The notes under the pieces: model-generated | The model's input: the letters and a program-made list of their open reading frames with translations, nothing else | Told to the model about the DNA's origin: nothing | The model's database searches: none | Shown here: piece by piece, positions 1 through 7,998 of the stretch | Numbering within the stretch: position 1 is the first letter of the stretch | Layout: each line of letters begins with the position of its first letter | Program-made: the position numbers and the translations under genes | Assembly (NCBI GenBank): GCA_964456445.1 | Contig: CAYWBI010000006.1 | Span: 1-60,200 of the forward strand | Direction: 5' to 3' | DNA: 60,200 nucleotides | DNA from: an uncultured Calditrichaceae bacterium | Lineage (GTDB): Bacteria; Calditrichota; Calditrichia; Calditrichales; J004

Positions 1-82
1 TCGATGTCACATGGAAGAGATGATAATTTTCAATTTTCATTTTTTCATATAACTTTTGACACTACCTTTATCACCGCTGAAA

Positions 83-496
83 TTAGGTAAGGTAAAAAAT
101 ATCCACTTCCTGCCGGACCGATGTATTTAGATAAACCTCGCGTGAACCATTGCCTGCCAGGATAATGGCCCAATCCCCTAAGGTATTACGTTCAACAGAC
201 CCCCATATTTTGCGTTTACGCGTTGCAGAAAAGACTTCCCAAAATAAATGACCAAAATAAGCTTTGCCGTCCTGGATATAAAATCCAGGTATGCGGAAAC
301 CAACACCCGGATCAATTGACCTGAGCGGTGTAAGCAGATAACCGCATCGCAGCAGTTGTTCGATAAACAGATCGACAAAGGGGTATCCTTCATAATGTAA
401 ATCATGAACGATGCGCTTTACGCCCCGTCCAAGAATAATATCCGTATAAACCTCTGCGAGTAGTTCCGTATTGATCATTTTTATTTTCCCAAACAC
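83..496 (-). CDS. hypothetical protein, no family recognised
   Basis: Clean 137-aa ORF. The ORF opens with GTG at 496, and an in-frame ATG at 478 (MINTELL...) is a likely alternative start. It is divergent from the 574..1395 ORF. No recognisable motif. Confidence 0.45.
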   Translation of the reverse strand: MFGKIKMINTELLAEVYTDIILGRGVKRIVHDLHYEGYPFVDLFIEQLLRCGYLLTPLRSIDPGVGFRIPGFYIQDGKAYFGHLFWEVFSATRKRKIWGSVERNTLGDWAIILAGNGSREVYLNTSVRQEVDIFYLT

Positions 497-506
497 AAAT
501 AATTTA

Positions 507-520
507 ATTTAGCGCTAAAT
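507..520. promoter_or_regulatory. perfect 14-bp palindrome ATTTAGCGCTAAAT in a divergent promoter region (candidate operator)
   Basis: Read directly: atttagcgctaaat is its own reverse complement. It sits in the ~80-100 bp spacer between the two divergent unknown ORFs. Confidence 0.3.
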
Positions 521-573
521 CTTATTAACTTCTACTTTCATCATAACGTTTTGATTTTTTCACTAGAATAAAG

Positions 574-1395
574 TTGTATGGTTTTAGCGCCAGGACTGCC
601 ATGGAGTTAAAGGAAAACCTGCTCTATGAATTTGTTTTTGATGATATCCGGCCCTGTGTCGGGCAGGCGCTGCGTTATGCCTATATTTCTCTGCCCTGGA
701 CATTGAACCGCATGCAATACACGATGGACAGACCTGGCCTTGAGCGGCGTTTACGCAATATTATCCTGGGCAAGGTTCCGGAATACCTCGTGGAAAATGT
801 GTTCAGGGACTATCACATTCGTTTTGAGCGGCGAGCAGGTGATACCGATTTTTGGCAACGCGATAAGTTTGATTTTTTACTCTATATAAACGGACATCCG
901 GAAGAGTGGGACTTAAAATGCCTGACGTTGCCCTTCGGCAAAATTGCTAAATCCGATTGGATGAAATTGCCTGCCCTTGTTCCCCATCGCCATAAAAACG
1001 ATCAATGGGCGGAACGCAATCATACCGTTTTAGCCAAAACAAAGCAAAAGCGTTTTCTCTTTGCTTATCTCGATACGCCCGGGATTTTTGTAAAGTTACT
1101 GCCTTCTCAGGTGGACAGCTATAAAAAAATCACTAATAATCCAGAAAGGTATATCCGTCAGGATGACTTTATATTGCGAACGCTCGGCCGGATAGAAACC
1201 TATTTTTCCAATGAGCCGCTCCGGCTTGTGATATCCGCCGTGGCAGCCCCGGCGGAGTGGGGCCTGTTTAAAACAATTCCCTCGGGCACAAAATTAGCGG
1301 GCGGTATTATCAAAACGCGAATCCGTAATATGGGGGTCCCTGTCCAAAACCTGCCTTCATTTTTGCAGGCAGCCGGCAGGAAAAAATTGTCGTAA
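574..1395 (+). CDS. hypothetical protein with a possible PD-(D/E)xK nuclease-like motif
   Basis: 273-aa ORF starting at TTG 574, with an alternative ATG at 601. The segment DKFDFLLYINGHPEEWDLKC resembles the D...(D/E)xK signature of restriction-endonuclease-fold proteins. No partner methylase is visible. Confidence 0.5.
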   Translation: MYGFSARTAMELKENLLYEFVFDDIRPCVGQALRYAYISLPWTLNRMQYTMDRPGLERRLRNIILGKVPEYLVENVFRDYHIRFERRAGDTDFWQRDKFDFLLYINGHPEEWDLKCLTLPFGKIAKSDWMKLPALVPHRHKNDQWAERNHTVLAKTKQKRFLFAYLDTPGIFVKLLPSQVDSYKKITNNPERYIRQDDFILRTLGRIETYFSNEPLRLVISAVAAPAEWGLFKTIPSGTKLAGGIIKTRIRNMGVPVQNLPSFLQAAGRKKLS

Positions 1396-1787
1396 ACAGT
1401 AATGTTACTGTTCAGCTCAATGACGCCTTGTGTTCAAAATTATGACTTCAATATTTGTCGCCAACTATTTAAATTTCTATTTTTACCGCCAAGTCGCCAG
1501 GACGCTAAGTTTTTTTATGATTTTCTTTGCGCTTTTGTGTCTTTGCAGTTATTTATCTATGATTACCATTGGTCGGATTGTCATTTGATACAACTGAACT
1601 GTTGCACAGTAATAATTGTTGTGACCTGCGGCCATAGGCTTGAAAGGCTGAAGTTTCTGCTCCTGCCGGATTTTATTTATACCTGCCGGCAGTTGGGGAT
1701 GGGCGAATTATTGATCGTTTGGCAAAATCTTCTCTTATGGGGTTTGCACTTATATGGCCCACAATTCAGTGGGGGGTGGATGTAAAA

Positions 1788-3002
1788 TTAAAGAATATGT
1801 TTTGGTTCGTCCGTGTCAAATTTGCGCCGGGTGAAATAATGAAAACTGTTTTTCGAAGAAACCCGCCGGTAACCTAACAAATGGAAAAGATCAACGACCA
1901 GCCATCGGGCGATCTTTGCATTTATTTTAAAGGTGCGCACATGATTGTCTTTGATGGTGATCCCCGGCATCCAACGGAAGAGATTGCCAAGGTTATATTT
2001 TCGCAGCCAGGCCGAAAGGCCTAACCAAAACCATTTTATTTCCCGGATTATAAAAAAACCATCATCGCCCTTTTCCTGGTACAGGGGCAAAAACATACGT
2101 CCGCTCTCAGATGCATGCAGATCACCATTATTGTTTCTCGCCAATAATTCGTCTTTTTTTATCGGTTGAAAATTTTGAAAACCTGGCTGCATAACAAAAC
2201 CCTCGGTTTCGTAGCGGTGGTGACGATGGCGGATTTCGAAAACCCGTTTACCGTCAATGGACTGACCGGCAAGCTGGTTGTAATGATAGTCATAGTCAGG
2301 AATATCTTTTTTGGACATACACCCGGTAGCTGCTAATGTCAACCAAACACAGGATTCGTGGTTTTTAATGGATTGGATATCATCATGGCTGCCCGCTTCA
2401 AAACCCAGGGCGATCGGCCCCAGCTCATTTATATAACTCATCAAGGGGCCGTTTAGAAATTCTTCAATGCCTAAAATAATGGGTACGGGGAAATTAAGGG
2501 CAAAATAGCGATTGCGCAGGGTATCGTTAAGCGTAATAAAGGGAACACTTTCCGCGGATGTCGTATGCAGGTCAATAAAAAAATAAGGCCCGGGATGTTC
2601 TCTGAACAGCGTTTCAATGTGGCGATAAATATCAATTTGCTGATCAATATCCGGTATTATTTCTTCAACATCAAAACCACCATTTCTTATTTTTTCAACC
2701 CGCTCGTTTTGCCAAATGCGGTTCAGATCATTTTTTATAAAACGTTCGCCCCGTTCCAGGGCGGCCATGTTTCCACTAAAACCAACAATATTTCCTTTAA
2801 AATCCGGGCGCCATTCTTTTAGATATTCGAAAACCTGTTTTAAAGAAAATATCCCGGATGGCTCGTTACCATGAATCCCCGCAAAGAAAACAACGGTAGG
2901 CCCCGTTTTAACATCGCCAAAGTGTCCGATTTCCCTCTGAATGCGCACTTCCGACTTTAGTGCTTTGCTCTTTACCGTAACCATTTTCGTCTTAATATCC
3001 AT
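1788..3002 (-). CDS. succinylglutamate desuccinylase/aspartoacylase (AstE/AspA, M14-like) family zinc deacylase
   Basis: FFAGIHGNEPSG (HxxE zinc motif) and FIDLHTTS motifs are typical of the AstE/AspA family. 404 aa with a C-terminal extension. Confidence 0.8.
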   Translation of the reverse strand: MDIKTKMVTVKSKALKSEVRIQREIGHFGDVKTGPTVVFFAGIHGNEPSGIFSLKQVFEYLKEWRPDFKGNIVGFSGNMAALERGERFIKNDLNRIWQNERVEKIRNGGFDVEEIIPDIDQQIDIYRHIETLFREHPGPYFFIDLHTTSAESVPFITLNDTLRNRYFALNFPVPIILGIEEFLNGPLMSYINELGPIALGFEAGSHDDIQSIKNHESCVWLTLAATGCMSKKDIPDYDYHYNQLAGQSIDGKRVFEIRHRHHRYETEGFVMQPGFQNFQPIKKDELLARNNNGDLHASESGRMFLPLYQEKGDDGFFIIREIKWFWLGLSAWLRKYNLGNLFRWMPGITIKDNHVRTFKINAKIARWLVVDLFHLLGYRRVSSKNSFHYFTRRKFDTDEPKHIL

Positions 3003-3173
3003 ATTTTATAAATGCGGCCAACTCTGATAAACATCTTCTGCCAATTGTGCAATTTACAGATATTTTATCAAGAATAAAACACTCAAAAATTACTTTCTGG
3101 TCCGCTTTCTAAATTCCTTTTAAATTGTTCTGATCAACCGTATCCATTTAGCCTTACATCCCAATATCAAAGT

Positions 3174-5090
3174 TTATTTAGCTTCAAGTTCTTCAAATAG
3201 GGCCAAACAAATCTTTACAAAATCATACTCCGTAACAATACCCACTAATTTTTTCCCGATTGTTACGGGCAGGCATTTCACACCTTTTTTTCGCATCTCC
3301 CTCAACGCATCCACTGTCAATGTTTCGGGTTTTACTGTCCTGGGTTTCTTAATCATCACATCGGAGATGGTCAGCCTGGCGGCGTCCCCTTTAAAATCTG
3401 TTCCATAATAGTGGAGCAGCAAATCGGATGAAATTAAACCCTTTAACTCACCTTTATCATTCTCGACAGGGACATGATGAAAATTACGCCAATCCATAAT
3501 ATTGGTCACTAAATTGACCAAATCATTTTCCTTGACGGTAAAAAGGTCTGTGGACATGATTTGTCCGATACGTTTATAACGGTTCACCCAACTCCCCCCC
3601 TCTTTTAGCATGGCCGAACCCCAGGTATGTACGGGATTCCCTTCCTTCTGCCGATAGTACAAACCCGCGGTGGTTGCTACCAGGGCCTCATCCACAGTAA
3701 CCTCCTTCTTAAAGCGGGAGAATGAATCGACAACCCATTGGGAACCGGTACGCTGGGATTCCACTCGGTCGTAAATAATATTTAAATATTTGTCCGCATC
3801 GGCCTTATCTATGTTGGCCTTGGCCAGGCCTTCATGGGCAATCGGCAACAACTCTTTACAGATCAGCTCATGGGACGGGATCATTTTTTCATGGCCGAGC
3901 CAGCGGAACTGGGCACCAAGCCCCATGCGGGCGGCTTTGATAAAATTGGTTTTGGCGTCATCAAAGTCCATTTTATGAGCGATATCTTTCATTGCAGCGG
4001 GCATACCTTTCATCAGCCCCAGCCAAAACGAGGCATTGGCTATTTCATCTACCACGGTTGGCCCGGAAGGAAAGAGACGGTTTTCAATACGCAAATGCGG
4101 TTTGCCGTTCACAATGCCGTAACACGGCCGGTTCCATTTATAAATCGACCCATTATGAAGCATCAGCGCTTTTAATTTCGGCACCCCGCCCCCGGCAAGC
4201 ACTTGAAGTGAATCCTCTTCGAGCGGAGCGGTAAAAATTACAGGGTGGCGAGCCACATCCTCCTGGAACATCTCGATGATGGAACCTTTTATCCAATCAT
4301 GACCAAAAAGTACGCGTGGACTGCGGTCCCGAAGTATTTGTGAAGCCTTTCGGGTATCGATGGATTGTTGAAATAGGGCGATACGTGTTTCACGCCATAA
4401 CCTTTTGCCAAGCAGCAATGGAGAATTTGTTGCGGCCGCCAATACCGGCCCGCCAATGGCCTGCGCCCAATTGTAATGATCCACAAATTGATCGGCATCG
4501 CTTTGATAATGCACCTGAAAACTGGTATTACAGGCCTCAAATAATATATTTTGATGTTTGGTGATAAGCTCATCGGTACCGCTTATATGCAGCTCAAAAT
4601 AGCCGCCACGGAATTCCAGTAATAAATCCGAAAGGATTTTATAACGCGGATTGGGCGTGATGTTTTCCAGCTCTAAGTCGGATTTTTGAATAGTCGGTAA
4701 AATTCCTGTAAGAATAGGATGCGCATTAAATTTTTTGGCGCTTTCATCGACCCGTTCAATAAAGCTACGCAACTGTTGTTCGGTTTTTGCCAGGCAATCC
4801 CCTTTAAATTCGAGTGGGTCAAGATTTAGTTCCATATTAAAACGTGCAAGTTCAGTCGTAAAATGTGGATCGTTAAGCTCTGTGAGCACACTCATATTTA
4901 CCGGGGCCGGTTTCCAATGGCTATCTACCAGGCACATTTCCTGCTCTGCGCCAACCCGCTCAATCCCAGTTTCAAACATACCCCGTTCAAGCATTATCTC
5001 CAGGGCCTTCACATCCTTTAGCATGTTCATTATAAAATGATTTTTCTCCCGGATATCCTTCTTGCTTGTTTGTACGGATGCTTCGCCCAT
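3174..5090 (-). CDS. GCS2-family carboxylate-amine ligase (glutamate-cysteine ligase family 2-like) fused to a C-terminal CBS pair
   Basis: The N-terminus (GAEQEMCLVD...ELARFNMELNL) is characteristic of YbdK/GCS2-type ligases. The last ~130 aa contain two CBS-like repeats (IMSTDLFTV...GLISSDLL and VMIKKPRTV...GIVTEYDF). Confidence 0.7.
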   Translation of the reverse strand: MGEASVQTSKKDIREKNHFIMNMLKDVKALEIMLERGMFETGIERVGAEQEMCLVDSHWKPAPVNMSVLTELNDPHFTTELARFNMELNLDPLEFKGDCLAKTEQQLRSFIERVDESAKKFNAHPILTGILPTIQKSDLELENITPNPRYKILSDLLLEFRGGYFELHISGTDELITKHQNILFEACNTSFQVHYQSDADQFVDHYNWAQAIGGPVLAAATNSPLLLGKRLWRETRIALFQQSIDTRKASQILRDRSPRVLFGHDWIKGSIIEMFQEDVARHPVIFTAPLEEDSLQVLAGGGVPKLKALMLHNGSIYKWNRPCYGIVNGKPHLRIENRLFPSGPTVVDEIANASFWLGLMKGMPAAMKDIAHKMDFDDAKTNFIKAARMGLGAQFRWLGHEKMIPSHELICKELLPIAHEGLAKANIDKADADKYLNIIYDRVESQRTGSQWVVDSFSRFKKEVTVDEALVATTAGLYYRQKEGNPVHTWGSAMLKEGGSWVNRYKRIGQIMSTDLFTVKENDLVNLVTNIMDWRNFHHVPVENDKGELKGLISSDLLLHYYGTDFKGDAARLTISDVMIKKPRTVKPETLTVDALREMRKKGVKCLPVTIGKKLVGIVTEYDFVKICLALFEELEAK

Positions 5091-5751
5091 GGAAAACCCT
5101 TTCGCTTAAAATAAACTATGAAACTGGTGCCGGTTGTTTGGGATGTTCTACCAGGCCACACAAAACGGTAACCTGAAATCGTTTAATATTAATTGTACCC
5201 GAATTAATTTTTCGCAACGTGCCCGACGCCCGCCGAAGTTTATGGGTAAGCGCCTTTTTGGGCATTGGTTAAATCAATTTCCTTTCAAGAACGAAACCTG
5301 TTTGCGCAGCATGTAAGTGTTCCGTTAGCTCCGCATCATTTTGATCCGTACGAAATGATACTACTAATGCCTGTGTTGAAATGGATATACTTTTATTCTA
5401 TGCAAGGGAATATCATCTTCTTGTAATTTCCAAAGTGGTTCCGGAAAAGTATCATCATTCCCGAACCCCTTTTTTCTAAACTTCTGGTCCGCAACCACAT
5501 AATATATATTGTCAGTCAATATGAATAAAATAGGGAAAGCAGGTAAAAGAATAAAGGCAGGAAAAAAAAATCTACAAAAAAGTGTTTCAAATGTGGAACC
5601 ATAGCATCTAAAAACCTTGTCATTCTTTTATTGTTTTGGGGAAGTAAACAATCTGCGGCAAGCCGATGATGAACAAATCTGTTAATTTTTTTATTATAAT
5701 AAATATCAGAATTTATGTAACGGCCATGCTGTTTTAAATCAGAGATGCCTA

Positions 5752-6462
5752 TTAAAACACGCCGGCAATATTTTCGATATCCAGATCATTGATCGCCACA
5801 GATTCAGGTTGAATGATAATATTACGAATAGCCTCGGCAATATGGACGGGTTTTAGCATCTTTGTCCTGTCCCAGTTGGGATGCAGTTTATCATGGATAT
5901 TTGTATCCACCGCCCCCGGATAAATGGTTGCAACGCGAACTCCCCGGGGCCGCATTTCCTGGCGCAGGGTATCGGCAAAGGTTTTTAGTCCGGCCTTGGA
6001 TGTGCAATAACCACTCCATCCGGGAAAGCTGTTTTTACCGGCCACGGAATTTATAAACAGAATCTGGCTGCCTTTGTTTAGATGCGGCAACAGTTTTTGA
6101 GTGAGCATAAAGGGGGCTGTAAGGTTCACCTCCAGCATCCGCCGCCAATCGGCGGGGTTAAGTTCGGCCACATTGCCCACATGGGCAATCCCGGCGTTGT
6201 GTACGAGATAGCGCAGCTTACCATCAAAACGTTCCACAAATCCGACCACACGGTCAAGGTCGGTGGCCATTGTAACGTCACAGCCAAGAACATAGGCTTT
6301 TAGGCCCTCGGCTTCGAGATAATCAGCTATGCCGTGGAGTGTTTGTTCCGTACGGGAAATCAGTAAAACGGCCACACCCTGTTCGGCAAACATACGGGCT
6401 ATAGCGGCCCCAATCCCGCGGCTGGCGCCGGTTACGATGGCAAGATTAGAGAGTTCCGGCAC
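5752..6462 (-). CDS. short-chain dehydrogenase/reductase, sepiapterin/pteridine reductase-like by context
   Basis: [12 protein letters not shown] Rossmann motif and YCTSKAG (YxxxK) catalytic motif. GTG start lies 17 nt inside the 3' end of folE. Confidence 0.8.
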   Translation of the reverse strand: MPELSNLAIVTGASRGIGAAIARMFAEQGVAVLLISRTEQTLHGIADYLEAEGLKAYVLGCDVTMATDLDRVVGFVERFDGKLRYLVHNAGIAHVGNVAELNPADWRRMLEVNLTAPFMLTQKLLPHLNKGSQILFINSVAGKNSFPGWSGYCTSKAGLKTFADTLRQEMRPRGVRVATIYPGAVDTNIHDKLHPNWDRTKMLKPVHIAEAIRNIIIQPESVAINDLDIENIAGVF

Positions 6463-7006
6463 GTTGGCTCCTTATCAAGCTTAAAAATTCCGAGCGGGTT
6501 TTTTCATCATCTTTAAATGAACCAAGCAGTGTGGATGTGATCATCTTAGCCCGGTCCTTTTGCACGCCGCGCATCATCATGCACATGTGATGGCCCTCCA
6601 CAACCACGCCAACGCCCTGTGGGTTCAGCTCTTCCTGGATGGTATCGGCAATTTGACGGGTCATGTTTTCCTGCACCTGCAAACGCCGGGCAAACATATC
6701 CACCAAACGTGGGATTTTGCTTAGGCCAATAACCCGTCCGTCCGGTAAATAACCCACATGGGCCACGCCGTAAAAGGGCAGCATGTGGTGCTCGCACAAA
6801 CTATAAAATTCAATATTGGCCACAACAACCATTTCATCATAAGCTACGTCAAAGATTGCGCCGTTAATTATGTCCCGCGGGTTCTGGTTATATCCAACCG
6901 TAACTTCCTTGTACATTTTTGCGACGCGGTGTGGGGTTCTTTGCAGACCCTGGCGCGAGGGGTCTTCGCCGATGCCTTTTAATATTTGGGCAACAGCATC
7001 TTCCAT
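6446..7006 (-). CDS. folE: GTP cyclohydrolase I
   Basis: [20 protein letters not shown] and [10 protein letters not shown] motifs, and the length fits FolE. The ORF extends to TTG 7015, but ATG 7006 (MEDAV...) is more likely the start. Confidence 0.9.
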   Translation of the reverse strand: MEDAVAQILKGIGEDPSRQGLQRTPHRVAKMYKEVTVGYNQNPRDIINGAIFDVAYDEMVVVANIEFYSLCEHHMLPFYGVAHVGYLPDGRVIGLSKIPRLVDMFARRLQVQENMTRQIADTIQEELNPQGVGVVVEGHHMCMMMRGVQKDRAKMITSTLLGSFKDDEKTRSEFLSLIRSQRAGTL

Positions 7007-7011
7007 CTTTT

Positions 7012-7431
7012 TCAAGAGCAGCGCTCCTTTCCATATTCAAAATAGTTGTTGTTTGTTTCCCATAGCTTTAGGTGGTGCAGCTTTTCCGCGGGCAGTGCCG
7101 CTTCGAGTTCGTCCCAAAGAAAACGGATGATATTTTCGGCTGTGGAGATTTTATCCATAAAATAAGGTACCTCCTTATTGAGATGTTTGTAGGCCAGTTT
7201 ATCGATCACGCGGTGGACGGCCTTATCCATCTCACTTAGGGGAATGATCATGCCGGTTATCTTGTCCGGGGCGGCGCACAGTGTAACGATCAACGTATAG
7301 TCATGACCATGACCATTCAGATTATTGCACTTGTCATAAATCCGGATGTTTTCATCTCCGCTAAGCGCCTTTGAGTTTAAACGATGAGCCGCGCTAAAAT
7401 GGTATTCCCGCGACAGACTGCTATGGATCAT
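7012..7431 (-). CDS. 6-pyruvoyl-tetrahydropterin / 6-carboxy-tetrahydropterin synthase family protein (paralog 2)
   Basis: FSAAHRL...[13 protein letters not shown] signature (Cys plus HGH zinc site). Its ATG overlaps the upstream stop as TAATG. Confidence 0.85.
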   Translation of the reverse strand: MIHSSLSREYHFSAAHRLNSKALSGDENIRIYDKCNNLNGHGHDYTLIVTLCAAPDKITGMIIPLSEMDKAVHRVIDKLAYKHLNKEVPYFMDKISTAENIIRFLWDELEAALPAEKLHHLKLWETNNNYFEYGKERCS

Positions 7432-7853
7432 TATTCTTCACCCTTCCAAACATCGGCGTATAGGTCATGTTTTTCATATAATCTAATTTTTACAAGATTA
7501 AATCCATCCCTGGCCAGGTCTTTTTCGATAAGCCCAAAAAGCACAAGGGCAATATTTTCGGTAGTCGGGATTTTATCCTTAAAGTAGGGGGTGTCTAAGT
7601 TTAAATACTTATGATCGAATTGCTTTAGGATGGCTAAAACCCGGGCTTTTAAAACCGTTAAATTTACGATCATTCCCGTATCCGGGTCGATGTCGCCGGT
7701 GATAGTTACATGAAGTTCGTAATTGTGGCCATGACCATAGGGACTGGTACATAGCCCGAAAACTTTATTGTTGTGTTCCTCGCTCCAATCAGACCGCCAG
7801 TAACGGTGGCTGGCGGAAAACTCAAATTTACGGCTGATGGTTACTTTTTGCAT
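7431..7853 (-). CDS. 6-pyruvoyl-tetrahydropterin / 6-carboxy-tetrahydropterin synthase family protein (paralog 1)
   Basis: FSASHRY...CTSPYGHGHNYEL signature of the PTPS/QueD family. First gene of the operon. Confidence 0.85.
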   Translation of the reverse strand: MQKVTISRKFEFSASHRYWRSDWSEEHNNKVFGLCTSPYGHGHNYELHVTITGDIDPDTGMIVNLTVLKARVLAILKQFDHKYLNLDTPYFKDKIPTTENIALVLFGLIEKDLARDGFNLVKIRLYEKHDLYADVWKGEE

Positions 7854-7998
7854 GGGTCTTCTCTGTCTCTTTATTTAAGAATTGTTAATTTAAGATGAAA
7901 TGTCACGGAATGGATGTTTTTTCAGTAATTATTTCGAATATTATTAAAAGGATTCTAAGTTATTTTTGTTCAGTAAATCTGAAATATACCCGTTTTTT

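Noticed and set aside
1-40. Possible 5' end of a minus-strand gene (MKIENYHLFHVTS...) running off the left edge
   Set aside because: Only 13 codons are visible, which is too little to call a CDS. It is mentioned in the findings for context only.
1402-1785. 127-aa ORF between the convergent genes 574..1395 and 1788..3002
   Set aside because: Composition is Cys/Phe/Leu-rich and low in complexity, and there is no RBS. Part of it (CCGCCAAGTCGCCAGGACGCTAAG...CTTTGCGCTTTTGTGTCTTTGCAG) looks like a degenerate intergenic repeat of the type that often produces spurious ORFs. Probably non-coding.
5134-5316. 60-aa ORF in the 5.1-5.7 kb gap
   Set aside because: No RBS, a basic low-complexity sequence, and the length sits exactly at the ORF-caller threshold. 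Not supportable.
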